64,000 nucleotides of DNA from an uncultured bacterium (GTDB lineage Bacteria; Planctomycetota; Phycisphaerae; Phycisphaerales; SM1A02), in the NCBI GenBank assembly GCA_903831295.1, contig CAIKXA010000097.1:984-64983 (forward strand), given 5' to 3'. Of this stretch, positions 9,697 through 18,571 are shown in pieces. The notes below the pieces were generated by a model. The model saw only the letters and a program-made list of their open reading frames with translations, was not told the DNA's origin and ran no database searches. Within the stretch, counting starts at the first letter, position 1; each line of letters begins with the position of its first letter. The translations under genes were made by a program, and so were the position numbers.

Positions 9697-12024
9697 TCAT
9701 GGGTTGGCGGCTTTGGCGAAAGCCGCGGCAAACTCTTGGGAGTTCAGCGATTCATCAATCGCTTTCAAGCGTGACAAACGCATTGTGGCGCGTTCGTCCC
9801 AGCGATTGGCTGCGCGCAAAATTTCCAACTGGCGCAATTGACACAGCCACCACGACGGATCGCGCAAGGCGGGATCGGGTTCATATTCTTTGCCCGCTAA
9901 AATTTGCTTGTAAATAGACATCGCCTCGCCAAGGGATGTCGCATCGCCATTGGCAAACAGACATTCAGCTTTGCCCAGCAATGCTTCCTTGGAATTGGAT
10001 TTTAACTGCAGCGATTTTTGATAGGCGTTCTGGGCTTGCATAAATTCACCAGAAAAACGCAGTAAATCAGCCAAATCAAGCCAAGCCACTGCGTCGGCGG
10101 AGTTGCTCATGGTGAGAGTTTTAAACAGCGACGTGGCCGATGCCGCAAGATTGGCATTGCGAGAAGGCAAGGTTGCCGACCATCGCTCGCTCGGCATCAA
10201 CGCGCGTAGGCGTCGCGCAGTCAGACCCGCGATCAGTTCTGGATTTTTCTGGTTCGCGGCGATGATCTCCGTATCCGTGGAGATATCTTTTGCCAATGCC
10301 GCGTTGGCGCAAATTTTTGCGGACAATCGCCGCGCCGTCGCGGTTGGACCCAAAGATCCACCGTTGCTTCTCGCCAAGCAATCAAGCGCAGCTTGAGCGT
10401 TGCCTTTCTCAGATTCAATCCAGGCTTGCGCCGCGTTCAAGCGATCACGCAACTCGTTCACCGCCACTGAACTTTGCGCGATTGCGACTGTGGGCGCCGA
10501 AATTTCCAGCGCGCACGTTCGTTGATCTGCCATCGCCTCGGTGGCTAGAACCTGCCGCTCCAACTGCCACAAGCCAAAATCTGGATGATCCGGAAATGTG
10601 CTCGCACCCATTTCAACAGCCTTTTCCAGGCGATTTCGCGCTATCGCATCTTGACCATCAACGCCCTTGTCCAGTTCACGACTCACCCGAATTGCCAGGG
10701 CAATAGCGGCGGGACTGGCCGCGTCCGACGCATGCTCCTTGGCCAGCCTCATAGATCGGTCTGCTGCTTCACTCCAATGATCGGCGGCAAGATCCATGCG
10801 TGTCAATGTTCTTAAAGCCGCGGCTTGCATAGAGCCAAGCACGGCGGGATCGTTGGTCAGCGTCTCGAGCATGTTGATTTTTTCATTGATAGGTTCGCCA
10901 CGATCAATCGCTTGATCAACAGATGCGATCAAGCACATTGGATCGCGCTCAGGAAGAGGTGTGCCGTCGCGTTCAATGGAAGCGAGTTTGGAAAGGACCG
11001 CGTCACGCGTGGCTGAAAGATCTTTTTTAGAACTGTGGCGCAGAACATCAGACAGCGGCGCCGTCCAAGCACGTTGTGTGATTTGCAAATCCACACCCAA
11101 CTCACCCAAGGCTTGCTTACGCAATCGGGAAAGCAATTCCGCGATTGCAAGTTGCCGCATGATGGATCCTGAACCTTCAAGAACAACTCCGGCGTCGGCT
11201 GCCTGGCTTGGTCCTCTGAGCAAACCCGCGGCGCGCAAAGAGGCAAGATCCGCAAGAGTGAGCAAAGCCTCATCTTGACCGGCTTTTTGCCGTGAAAGCG
11301 AGAGATATATGTTGGCGCGCTGCTCATCGCCTAGGCGCGCCGCGGCCAAGCCGCCGTATCTACTCACAATGCTCGCTGTGCGATCATCCAGTTCGCTGAT
11401 CAACGCATCAAGACGAGCAAGGGCCGCTTCTCCCATGGCCCTGCGCTTTTGTGCGTCGTACTCGTGGGTTTCCGTATTTAAAATTTCCGCGAGAGATCGA
11501 AGTAATGGAATTCTTCGCGCGCGCTCCACTTGCTCCAACTGAGCGATCAATTGCGCGGTGGGTTGGTCGGGTCCCTTACGGGCAATGACAAGCACCGCGG
11601 CTGAGTCCGCCTCTTCCGCCGCAATCAACATTTCGCGGGAAAGTTCACGCACTCTCCGTCGTGCGTCGGGACCAGCGAGACCAAAAATCACACGGTCCAC
11701 ATCTCCGCCAGCTGGAAGCGCGATAGTGAAACAATCTTCCGCATGATCCGTCAACCAGATTGGCCAGCGAGAATCATTTTTGTTGGCGGAAAGAAGTCCG
11801 CGCCGAATGGAGAGAAGTTCATCGGCGGCCGTGCGTTGGGTGGCCTCGGTGGGAGCAATCTTCACGCGTTGTTTCAGATTTGCGATGCTCTCAAGAGCCG
11901 TCGCGGAAGAATCGCTGGCTGTTTGCGCTGGAGTATCTATAGCGGTGGGGTCGGCGGCTTGAGGCGCTGCATGTGTTTTTACAGCTATAAAACAGCCTAT
12001 AAAGACCAATTTCCAGATTCTCAT
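9697..12024 (-). CDS. Large secreted TPR-repeat/helical-repeat protein, last gene of the ExbBD-vWA operon
   Basis: Signal peptide 'MRIWKLVFIGCFIAVKTHAAP'. The protein is long and Ala/Leu-rich with helical repeats, and has TPR-like C-terminal units (e.g. 'FMQAQNAYQKSLQLKSNSKEALLGKAECLFANGD'). The ATG overlaps the upstream stop (ATGA). Confidence 0.7.
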   Translation of the reverse strand: MRIWKLVFIGCFIAVKTHAAPQAADPTAIDTPAQTASDSSATALESIANLKQRVKIAPTEATQRTAADELLSIRRGLLSANKNDSRWPIWLTDHAEDCFTIALPAGGDVDRVIFGLAGPDARRRVRELSREMLIAAEEADSAAVLVIARKGPDQPTAQLIAQLEQVERARRIPLLRSLAEILNTETHEYDAQKRRAMGEAALARLDALISELDDRTASIVSRYGGLAAARLGDEQRANIYLSLSRQKAGQDEALLTLADLASLRAAGLLRGPSQAADAGVVLEGSGSIMRQLAIAELLSRLRKQALGELGVDLQITQRAWTAPLSDVLRHSSKKDLSATRDAVLSKLASIERDGTPLPERDPMCLIASVDQAIDRGEPINEKINMLETLTNDPAVLGSMQAAALRTLTRMDLAADHWSEAADRSMRLAKEHASDAASPAAIALAIRVSRELDKGVDGQDAIARNRLEKAVEMGASTFPDHPDFGLWQLERQVLATEAMADQRTCALEISAPTVAIAQSSVAVNELRDRLNAAQAWIESEKGNAQAALDCLARSNGGSLGPTATARRLSAKICANAALAKDISTDTEIIAANQKNPELIAGLTARRLRALMPSERWSATLPSRNANLAASATSLFKTLTMSNSADAVAWLDLADLLRFSGEFMQAQNAYQKSLQLKSNSKEALLGKAECLFANGDATSLGEAMSIYKQILAGKEYEPDPALRDPSWWLCQLRQLEILRAANRWDERATMRLSRLKAIDESLNSQEFAAAFAKAANP

Positions 12025-12581
12025 TGCGGCCCCGCGAAGTGAATCTGTTGATAGCCGGCGCGAACTAAGCCGTTGAATGCGGCCACGGCGTCATCCCATG
12101 GAACATCCTGGGAGGGAGCGAGTTCAATCGGTTGATCGGCGGGAAAGAGTCCCGATGGATTCTCGGGTGAATACCGTTTTGAATTGAAGATGGCGGTGAG
12201 CTGCTCAAAGGTGTCTGGCTGAGCCATTGGAGCAATAATTTTTATTTTTGTCTGTTGCCCAATTCGCAATAACTCAATGCGAAGCGGGGGCTCATCCAGC
12301 GCGAGGGAATTTGGACTGACAACGGCGCCGCCACGTTGACTCAAATCCGTGCGTAAAAATTCCTCTCGATCTAGCGTTTTATTCGCGCACACAAAAAACA
12401 CCAGTAGAAAAAATGTGACATCGATCATTGGAATCACATTCAGCTTGATGCCGCGATTTCCTCGGCGCGCCGCGCGCTTCTCGGCCAACTTGTCATCCAG
12501 TATCTGCAAGGAGGCTTCCATCGGCTCCGTGCCACGGGCCAATTGATCCAACGCCGCCGCAAGAATGGCTGCTTCAGCCAC
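12021..12581 (-). CDS. ExbD/TolR-family protein (second copy, longer periplasmic domain)
   Basis: N-terminal 'NVIPMIDVTFFLLVFFV' is the ExbD/TolR TM signature. 8-nt overlap with the upstream ExbD. Confidence 0.8.
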   Translation of the reverse strand: MAEAAILAAALDQLARGTEPMEASLQILDDKLAEKRAARRGNRGIKLNVIPMIDVTFFLLVFFVCANKTLDREEFLRTDLSQRGGAVVSPNSLALDEPPLRIELLRIGQQTKIKIIAPMAQPDTFEQLTAIFNSKRYSPENPSGLFPADQPIELAPSQDVPWDDAVAAFNGLVRAGYQQIHFAGPQ

Positions 12582-13047
12582 CGCGATGCTCCGGCTGCAC
12601 AGCGAGTCTTAGCTTTACCAAATGTCCCGGAATCGCCTTGGTCGCGGCTTTGCCAACTTGATCTAAAACCGGAGAAATATAGGTGTATTTCACATTGGAG
12701 TCAGCGCGCAAATGAACCTCGGCCGCGGGATTGGCTCGAATGGAGGCGGCGACCGCGTTGCAGAGAGATTGAATCCCAGCGGTATCCGCCAAGTAGTCGT
12801 CGTTTAAAAATCTCCATGCGCTGACCTCGCCTTGATCATTGGCAATGGCATTGATCACAATCCGGGGTTCGTTGTGTGGAGCGACAGCAGCCGTGGGTGA
12901 GGGTTTGGGTAAATTCAGTTTCACAAAATCTGTAATTCCAATTTGCGACACAAGCGCGAAGAAAACCACCAGCAACATTGCGATGTCGATGAGCGGCGTG
13001 ATCACCGCCTCGATTTTCACCGGACCTCTCGTGAGCATGCTCTTCAT
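12574..13047 (-). CDS. ExbD/TolR-family protein
   Basis: 'ITPLIDIAMLLVVFFAL' TM signature. Size 157 aa. 4-nt overlap with the ExbB stop. Confidence 0.85.
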   Translation of the reverse strand: MKSMLTRGPVKIEAVITPLIDIAMLLVVFFALVSQIGITDFVKLNLPKPSPTAAVAPHNEPRIVINAIANDQGEVSAWRFLNDDYLADTAGIQSLCNAVAASIRANPAAEVHLRADSNVKYTYISPVLDQVGKAATKAIPGHLVKLRLAVQPEHRGG

Positions 13048-13820
13048 ATGGTGGCGTCCGCCATCACGCTCGATCGACCAGCCGCAGAATTCACCCGCAC
13101 GTGGCTAGGAGCAAATCGACTGATAGTTTTTTCAACTCGACGCACTGATTCCAATGTGGCGGAGTCGACCGTGTTGCGCATGGTCGCGTACGCGCCAAGG
13201 GCCGGAATGGCGATAATCAATCCCCAAAAAGTTGCGACCAACGCGGTTCCAATTCCAGCCGCTAAAGTTACGGGATCGGCATTGCCGCCAGTTCGGGCGA
13301 TGGCTTGGAAAGCCATAATAACCCCGTAAACAGTGCCTAAAAGACCAATCATTGGACTCACTTGACCGAGCACATTCAAAGGCTCCAGTTTGCGAAATCG
13401 TTTCACAGTGACTTCTTCCCCTGTTTGCTCCGTAGCTCGCAACATGCTGGCGTGTCCCGCTGGAGCTTGTTTCAAGGCCGCGCTTAAAATGGCGCTGTAG
13501 TCGCTCGCCTCCGCTGCCGCCAAATGAATCACTTCCTCAGTGCGACCTTCTTCCAAAAGTTTGTCAATCTCATTGGCAAATTCCAGGGGCAAAATTTTAT
13601 TACTTTTGTTGCGCGTCCACAAAGTTGAAATTAAAGACACATTGATCACGCTGAGCAAAATCAAAAGCCAAATCATGCAGCTTCCAACCCATTCAATATG
13701 GCTCGTGCCATCTCCAGCGCTTTCCATGGTCACAAAGAAAATATATCCAAAGCCCTCCGCAAATGTGGCGGAGGTGGGAATAAGCAATGCAAAGACGAAG
13801 GCAAGAGAATATTTTTTCAT
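13044..13820 (-). CDS. MotA/TolQ/ExbB proton-channel family protein
   Basis: Three-TM topology. The conserved C-terminal block 'SPMIGLLGTVYGVIMAFQAI...AAGIGTALVATFWGLIIAIPA' is typical of ExbB/TolQ. Confidence 0.88.
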   Translation of the reverse strand: MKKYSLAFVFALLIPTSATFAEGFGYIFFVTMESAGDGTSHIEWVGSCMIWLLILLSVINVSLISTLWTRNKSNKILPLEFANEIDKLLEEGRTEEVIHLAAAEASDYSAILSAALKQAPAGHASMLRATEQTGEEVTVKRFRKLEPLNVLGQVSPMIGLLGTVYGVIMAFQAIARTGGNADPVTLAAGIGTALVATFWGLIIAIPALGAYATMRNTVDSATLESVRRVEKTISRFAPSHVRVNSAAGRSSVMADATI

Positions 13821-13829
13821 ATGAAGTTC

Positions 13830-14891
13830 CTAGCGGGTATCAAGTCCAAGATCTTGTCGAGTGATGTTGATGAATCCTTCTGCGCCACCATGGTCCTTGG
13901 CAATCCGTTGCAAAGTTCCCAGTGGATCAGGATCAAGAAATTGAATGCATTGCACGCGCGTCAGGCGTCTGCCCGAAGCGGAATCAATCGGATTGAGGCG
14001 TTCTAGCGCCGCAAGAAGCGATACTTCTGACATTTCGAATTCGCCCGCGCCGGTGATGTCCGACGAGAGCAAGAAGATAATTTCCGGCCGCATGGCCATG
14101 GCCGCCTCAAACGCGGCGATAGGATTTGAGCGGCCCGATGGAATCATTTTGGCTTCGATCCATTTCATGGTTTCACTCACGCGCTCGGGCGTGGCGGATT
14201 GCAAGTTGCCTCCTGGAGGAACCGTGATGGCCTCACCGCGCTGGAAAAAAATCACGCCGAAACTTTGGCGCGGGTCCAGTCGTTGCAAACTTTTGCGAAG
14301 CTCCTCGATAATCAGAGGAAATGTTCCAACCAAACTTCCGCTGGCATCGACCAAATACACCACACGCCGCGCGTTGCTTGCTTTGAGTCCTGCAAAATTA
14401 ATAGTGACTGATTTGTTGACCCCGCTCAATTGCCCAAACTCGTGCGCCGCGAGTGACAGTGGGGCTTGCACTTGGCGCACTGCGATCAACGCTTGTTCCG
14501 CTGCGCTCTGCAAAGTTTGTGATTGAGTTAAAGATGTGTCGCTCGCATCCGTGGCTCCTGGAAGGTTTGCGGCTTGACGAAAATCATTTCCGCCACTGGA
14601 GGCGGACGCGGCGACAAGTTGCACGGTGGGGGCGTATGCCGGCCGTTCAAAATCAAGCACCAGTGTGGGCGGAGCAATTGGCTTGCGCGAAAGTCCAACC
14701 GCCGTGGCCGCGGCGGCGATGACCAACGCCGCAACAATTCCGTGAGCGCTCAGCGAGGCGACCCACGCAAAAACACTTCGAAAAGCTGTATTTTCACGCG
14801 GTCGACCACCAAATTGGCGGATGGCTTTCGCCAGCGCTTGAGAGTTTGTGTCTTGCGTGTCGACGACTTGATTCTCCATCGGAGTTTCCAT
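13830..14891 (-). CDS. Membrane-anchored von Willebrand factor A (vWA) domain protein
   Basis: Short N-terminal cytoplasmic segment, one TM ('FAWVASLSAHGIVAALVIAAAATAV') and a low-complexity linker. The vWA fold follows, with a MIDAS-like 'VYLVDASGSL', then 'FGVIFF' and 'IIFLLSSD' strands. Confidence 0.72.
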   Translation of the reverse strand: METPMENQVVDTQDTNSQALAKAIRQFGGRPRENTAFRSVFAWVASLSAHGIVAALVIAAAATAVGLSRKPIAPPTLVLDFERPAYAPTVQLVAASASSGGNDFRQAANLPGATDASDTSLTQSQTLQSAAEQALIAVRQVQAPLSLAAHEFGQLSGVNKSVTINFAGLKASNARRVVYLVDASGSLVGTFPLIIEELRKSLQRLDPRQSFGVIFFQRGEAITVPPGGNLQSATPERVSETMKWIEAKMIPSGRSNPIAAFEAAMAMRPEIIFLLSSDITGAGEFEMSEVSLLAALERLNPIDSASGRRLTRVQCIQFLDPDPLGTLQRIAKDHGGAEGFINITRQDLGLDTR

Positions 14892-14895
14892 CAGA

Positions 14896-15534
14896 TCAAT
14901 CCGCTTGGTGCTTGGCGAAGATCAGCCTGTCAAGCGAAAAGCGTCCTGGACCAGTTAGCAAAAGACTCAACGACATCAAGATCGCGGTCAAGGCGCTGGC
15001 GAATAAATGCATTTTTTCCTGTTGCCACTCCCAAGGCAATGCGTTGCGCACTTGTGGCCATGTCATAAGCCAAATATGAAACACACCTCCAATAAATAGC
15101 AGCAGCGCAAACCAGCGCGTGAATAATCCCACCAACAACACAAATCCACCAACAAGTTCGGCGATGGCGCAGACCCATCCCACAATCAAAGGTTGCGGCA
15201 CTTTGCAATCATCAAGGCGAAGCACAAAGTGATTTAGGTTGCGCATGGTGTTGGCGCCCGCGCCGGATTTTTCGGATTCATCTTTGGTTTGCTTATCTTG
15301 CTTGTCAGATTCGCTTTGGGTTTCTTCCCGCAATGCCACGGGCTTTATTTTTTCCACCGACTCCTCAATCATCTTCGCGGGGCTGCCCATGGCTTCAATG
15401 CGCGCCGCGTCTTGGTTGCTGAAATTGGATGTGCGAAAAATAGAGACATAGCCCGCGGGAAGCACAATCGCGGCTAAAACAATTCGGGCGAACAGCGGGG
15501 CAAGTTCAAGGGATGCATTTTGGCTTAGGCTCAT
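14896..15534 (-). CDS. DoxX-family membrane protein with an inserted acidic/Lys-rich loop
   Basis: DoxX-like helices ('AELVGGFVLLVGLFTRWFALLL', 'LTGPGRFSLD'). Its stop lies 4 nt before the vWA start. I prefer the ATG at 15534 to the TTG at 15576. Confidence 0.65.
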   Translation of the reverse strand: MSLSQNASLELAPLFARIVLAAIVLPAGYVSIFRTSNFSNQDAARIEAMGSPAKMIEESVEKIKPVALREETQSESDKQDKQTKDESEKSGAGANTMRNLNHFVLRLDDCKVPQPLIVGWVCAIAELVGGFVLLVGLFTRWFALLLFIGGVFHIWLMTWPQVRNALPWEWQQEKMHLFASALTAILMSLSLLLTGPGRFSLDRLIFAKHQAD

Positions 15535-15658
15535 AGGTGGATTCTGCCGATAAAAGGTGCTGTAAATTGCTCTCAACCAATCACAATTTCAATGCTATCG
15601 ACAAGATCGACACCAAGTGTCTATAGGTTGTCTTGATAGGATTCGAAACTCACTCGCC

Positions 15659-15742
<84 letters not shown>

Positions 15743-15771
15743 TTGGATTGACCGATCTATAAATAGAAATC

Positions 15772-17145
15772 ATGGCCGTCGCCCACAACAACTCTTGGAA
15801 TCCAGAAAGTTGGAAAAACTTTCCCGCTGTGCAACAACCGCGCTACCCCGATGCCGTCGCGCTTGAGCATGCGTTGGGGGAGTTGTCGCAGTTGCCACCG
15901 TTGGTGACCAGCTGGGAGATCGAGTCGTTAAAGTCTCAACTTGCCGACGCGGCCGAGGGCAAACGATTTTTATTGCAGGGGGGTGACTGCGCTGAAATGT
16001 TTGACGAGTGCCGCAGTCCGATCATCGCGGCCAAACTAAAAATTCTTTTGCAGATGAGCCTTGTGCTCACGCATGGCGGTGGTCGGCCGGTGATTCGCGT
16101 GGGCCGCTTCGCTGGTCAATACGCCAAGCCACGCAGCGATGAATTTGAAACTCGCGGCGACTTGAAATTTGATTCATACCGTGGCGACTTGGTCAACGGT
16201 TTGGAATTTCACCACCACACACGCACGCCCGACCCGCATCGTTTGATCGATGCTTACAGTCGATCCGCTCTCACCCTTAATTTTATTCGCTCGCTTGTGG
16301 ATGGCGGCTTCGCGGATTTGCATCACCCGGAATATTGGGATTTGGACTTTGTGCAGCACAGCCCACTGCGTCTTGAATACCAGAAAATCACGCGCGAAAT
16401 AGGGCAAAGCCTTCGATTTATGGAGACACTCGCCGGCGCGCCAGTGCATGAAATGCGCCGTGTGGATTTTTTCACAAGCCATGAGGGACTGGTGCTTCCA
16501 TATGAGCAGGCGCAGACTCGGCAAGTTCCCCATCGCCAAGGTTGGTGGGATCTTTCAACGCATATGCCTTGGATTGGATATCGAACCGCGGTGCCGGGCA
16601 ACGCGCACATTGAATTTTTCCGTGGCATTCAAAACCCTGTTGGAGTGAAAGTTGGTTCGGGCACCAAGGAAACCACGCTGCTTGAAATCATTCACGCGCT
16701 GAATCCAACAAACGAACCTGGACGCCTTACGTTGATCCACAGATTTGGCGCCCACGAAATCGCCAAGAGTTTGCCGCCACTCATTGACGCCGTGGCCAAA
16801 AGCAAAGCGCGCGTTTTGTGGGTCTGTGATCCAATGCATGGCAACACGCAAACAGTCACCATGAATGGCGGTCCGCAAGCTGGCGCCAAAGTGAAGACGC
16901 GAAAGTTTGCCCATATTCTTGCCGAGGTCGAGCAAGCGTTTGAAATTCATAAACAGAAATCCACCGTGCTTGGCGGAGTTCACTTTGAATTGACCGGCGA
17001 GAATGTCACCGAGTGCACAGGCGGCGCTCGCGGTTTGGGCGACGATAATTTGACGCAGGCTTATCGCAGTCGAGTGGATCCACGCTTGAACTACGAGCAA
17101 TCGTTGGAGATGGCCATGTTGGTGGCGCGTCGCTTGGATCGCTGA
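15772..17145 (+). CDS. 3-deoxy-7-phosphoheptulonate (DAHP) synthase, class II
   Basis: About 457 aa. 'FLLQGGDCAEMF' and 'RFAGQYAKPRS' blocks, and the 'HGNT' region, are characteristic of plant-like class II DAHP synthases. Confidence 0.9.
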   Translation: MAVAHNNSWNPESWKNFPAVQQPRYPDAVALEHALGELSQLPPLVTSWEIESLKSQLADAAEGKRFLLQGGDCAEMFDECRSPIIAAKLKILLQMSLVLTHGGGRPVIRVGRFAGQYAKPRSDEFETRGDLKFDSYRGDLVNGLEFHHHTRTPDPHRLIDAYSRSALTLNFIRSLVDGGFADLHHPEYWDLDFVQHSPLRLEYQKITREIGQSLRFMETLAGAPVHEMRRVDFFTSHEGLVLPYEQAQTRQVPHRQGWWDLSTHMPWIGYRTAVPGNAHIEFFRGIQNPVGVKVGSGTKETTLLEIIHALNPTNEPGRLTLIHRFGAHEIAKSLPPLIDAVAKSKARVLWVCDPMHGNTQTVTMNGGPQAGAKVKTRKFAHILAEVEQAFEIHKQKSTVLGGVHFELTGENVTECTGGARGLGDDNLTQAYRSRVDPRLNYEQSLEMAMLVARRLDR

Positions 17146-17224
17146 GCCACTGAGCGCTGATTTGCGGTGCGGGTCACCACAAACACCACCAAACTTGCGC
17201 AATTCGGTTACAATCGGTCACTTC

Positions 17225-18571
17225 ATGCCCCAAAAACGACGCGTTGTAATCACTGGAATAGGCACCACAAGCGCGGTGGGCGTTGGCATGGAATCACTAT
17301 GGAACGCCCTGATTTCGGGGCAATCTGGCGCCAAGTTGTGCGACACATTCGATATGAGCGGGTTTTCCTGCCCATTTGTGGCGCAGTTGCCAGCGGATCA
17401 ATTGGACATCAAACAATTTGTTCCAAAGAGTTACCGCAAAGCCACCAAGGTTATGGCGCGAGACATTGAACTCGCCGTAGCCGCGGCGCATGAAGCCGTG
17501 AAAGACGCTGGTCTTGTCACCAAGTCGCATGAACCCGTCGACGGCAAAGTCACGCTGCCAGCCAACCGCATGGGTTGCCAGATTGGCGCGGGCTCAATCG
17601 CGGCGGAGGAGAACGAATTAACCGTGGCGTTCGCATCAAGTCAAACTGCCGAAGGCGAAATTGATTTGGGCGCGTGGGGTTCAAGCGGCATGCAAAATAT
17701 CACGCCGCTGTGGATGTTGAAATATTTACCAAATATGTTGGCGTGCCATGTCACCATCATCCATGACTGCCAAGGTCCATCCAACACCATCACTTGCGGC
17801 GAGGCCAGCGCGTTGTTGTCGATCGGTGAAAGCATGCGCGTGATTGGCCGCGATGCCGCTGATTGCTGCTTGTCCGGTGGCGTTGAAAGCAAAGTGAACT
17901 TGATGGGCGTGCTGCGCCAATTTTATTCCAAGCGTTTGGCGACCGCCTCTTTAAGTGATGATCCCGCGGGCGTGATTCGTCCTTTCAATCCAAACGCAAC
18001 AGGCGGAATGGCCGGCGAGGGCGGCGCCATTTTGGTGCTTGAAGAAATGGAAAGTGCGCGCGCGCGCGGAGCCAAAATTCAGGTTGAATTGGCTGGTTTT
18101 GGTGCCAGTCAGAGTTTCTGCCAAGACACGATTGGCATGGGAGCGGAGGCCGATGGCGCCGGTATCGCGCAAGCCATTGAGTGCGCGTTGCAAGAAGCCG
18201 GTGTGAAGCCCGCGGATGTGGACGCGATTGTTCCGTTTGGTTGTGGCGTGCGTGACATTGACGCAAGCGAGGCCGCTGGTTTGCGAAAAGTATTTGGCGA
18301 GCGTGTTTCAAAAATTCCACTGGTCACAATTTCCACGGCCACAGGAAATTGCGGCGCTGGATTTGGCGGGGTCGCCGCCAGCGTCGCTGTGCAATGTTTG
18401 CGCGAGCAAAAATTGCCGGCGCGAATTCAAGGCGGCAAGCCTGGCGAAAGTGTTGGCGGACTTGATGCCGCCACCATTGGCACGCGCGACGCCGTGCTGA
18501 ACACCATCGTTGTCACCACCACAAGTTTGGGCGGACAAAATGCCGCCATTGTTCTGCGGAGGATTTCATGA
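17225..18571 (+). CDS. Beta-ketoacyl synthase-like protein (KS fold; Cys retained, both catalytic His absent)
   Basis: 'RRVVITGIGTTSAVG' is a KS N-terminus and 'SNTITCGEASALLSIGE' carries the Cys. The His motifs are replaced: 'PFGCGV' stands for 'AHGTGT' and 'TGNCGAG' for 'GHxxGAAG'. I prefer the ATG at 17225. The stop overlaps the next ATG. Confidence 0.85.
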   Translation: MPQKRRVVITGIGTTSAVGVGMESLWNALISGQSGAKLCDTFDMSGFSCPFVAQLPADQLDIKQFVPKSYRKATKVMARDIELAVAAAHEAVKDAGLVTKSHEPVDGKVTLPANRMGCQIGAGSIAAEENELTVAFASSQTAEGEIDLGAWGSSGMQNITPLWMLKYLPNMLACHVTIIHDCQGPSNTITCGEASALLSIGESMRVIGRDAADCCLSGGVESKVNLMGVLRQFYSKRLATASLSDDPAGVIRPFNPNATGGMAGEGGAILVLEEMESARARGAKIQVELAGFGASQSFCQDTIGMGAEADGAGIAQAIECALQEAGVKPADVDAIVPFGCGVRDIDASEAAGLRKVFGERVSKIPLVTISTATGNCGAGFGGVAASVAVQCLREQKLPARIQGGKPGESVGGLDAATIGTRDAVLNTIVVTTTSLGGQNAAIVLRRIS

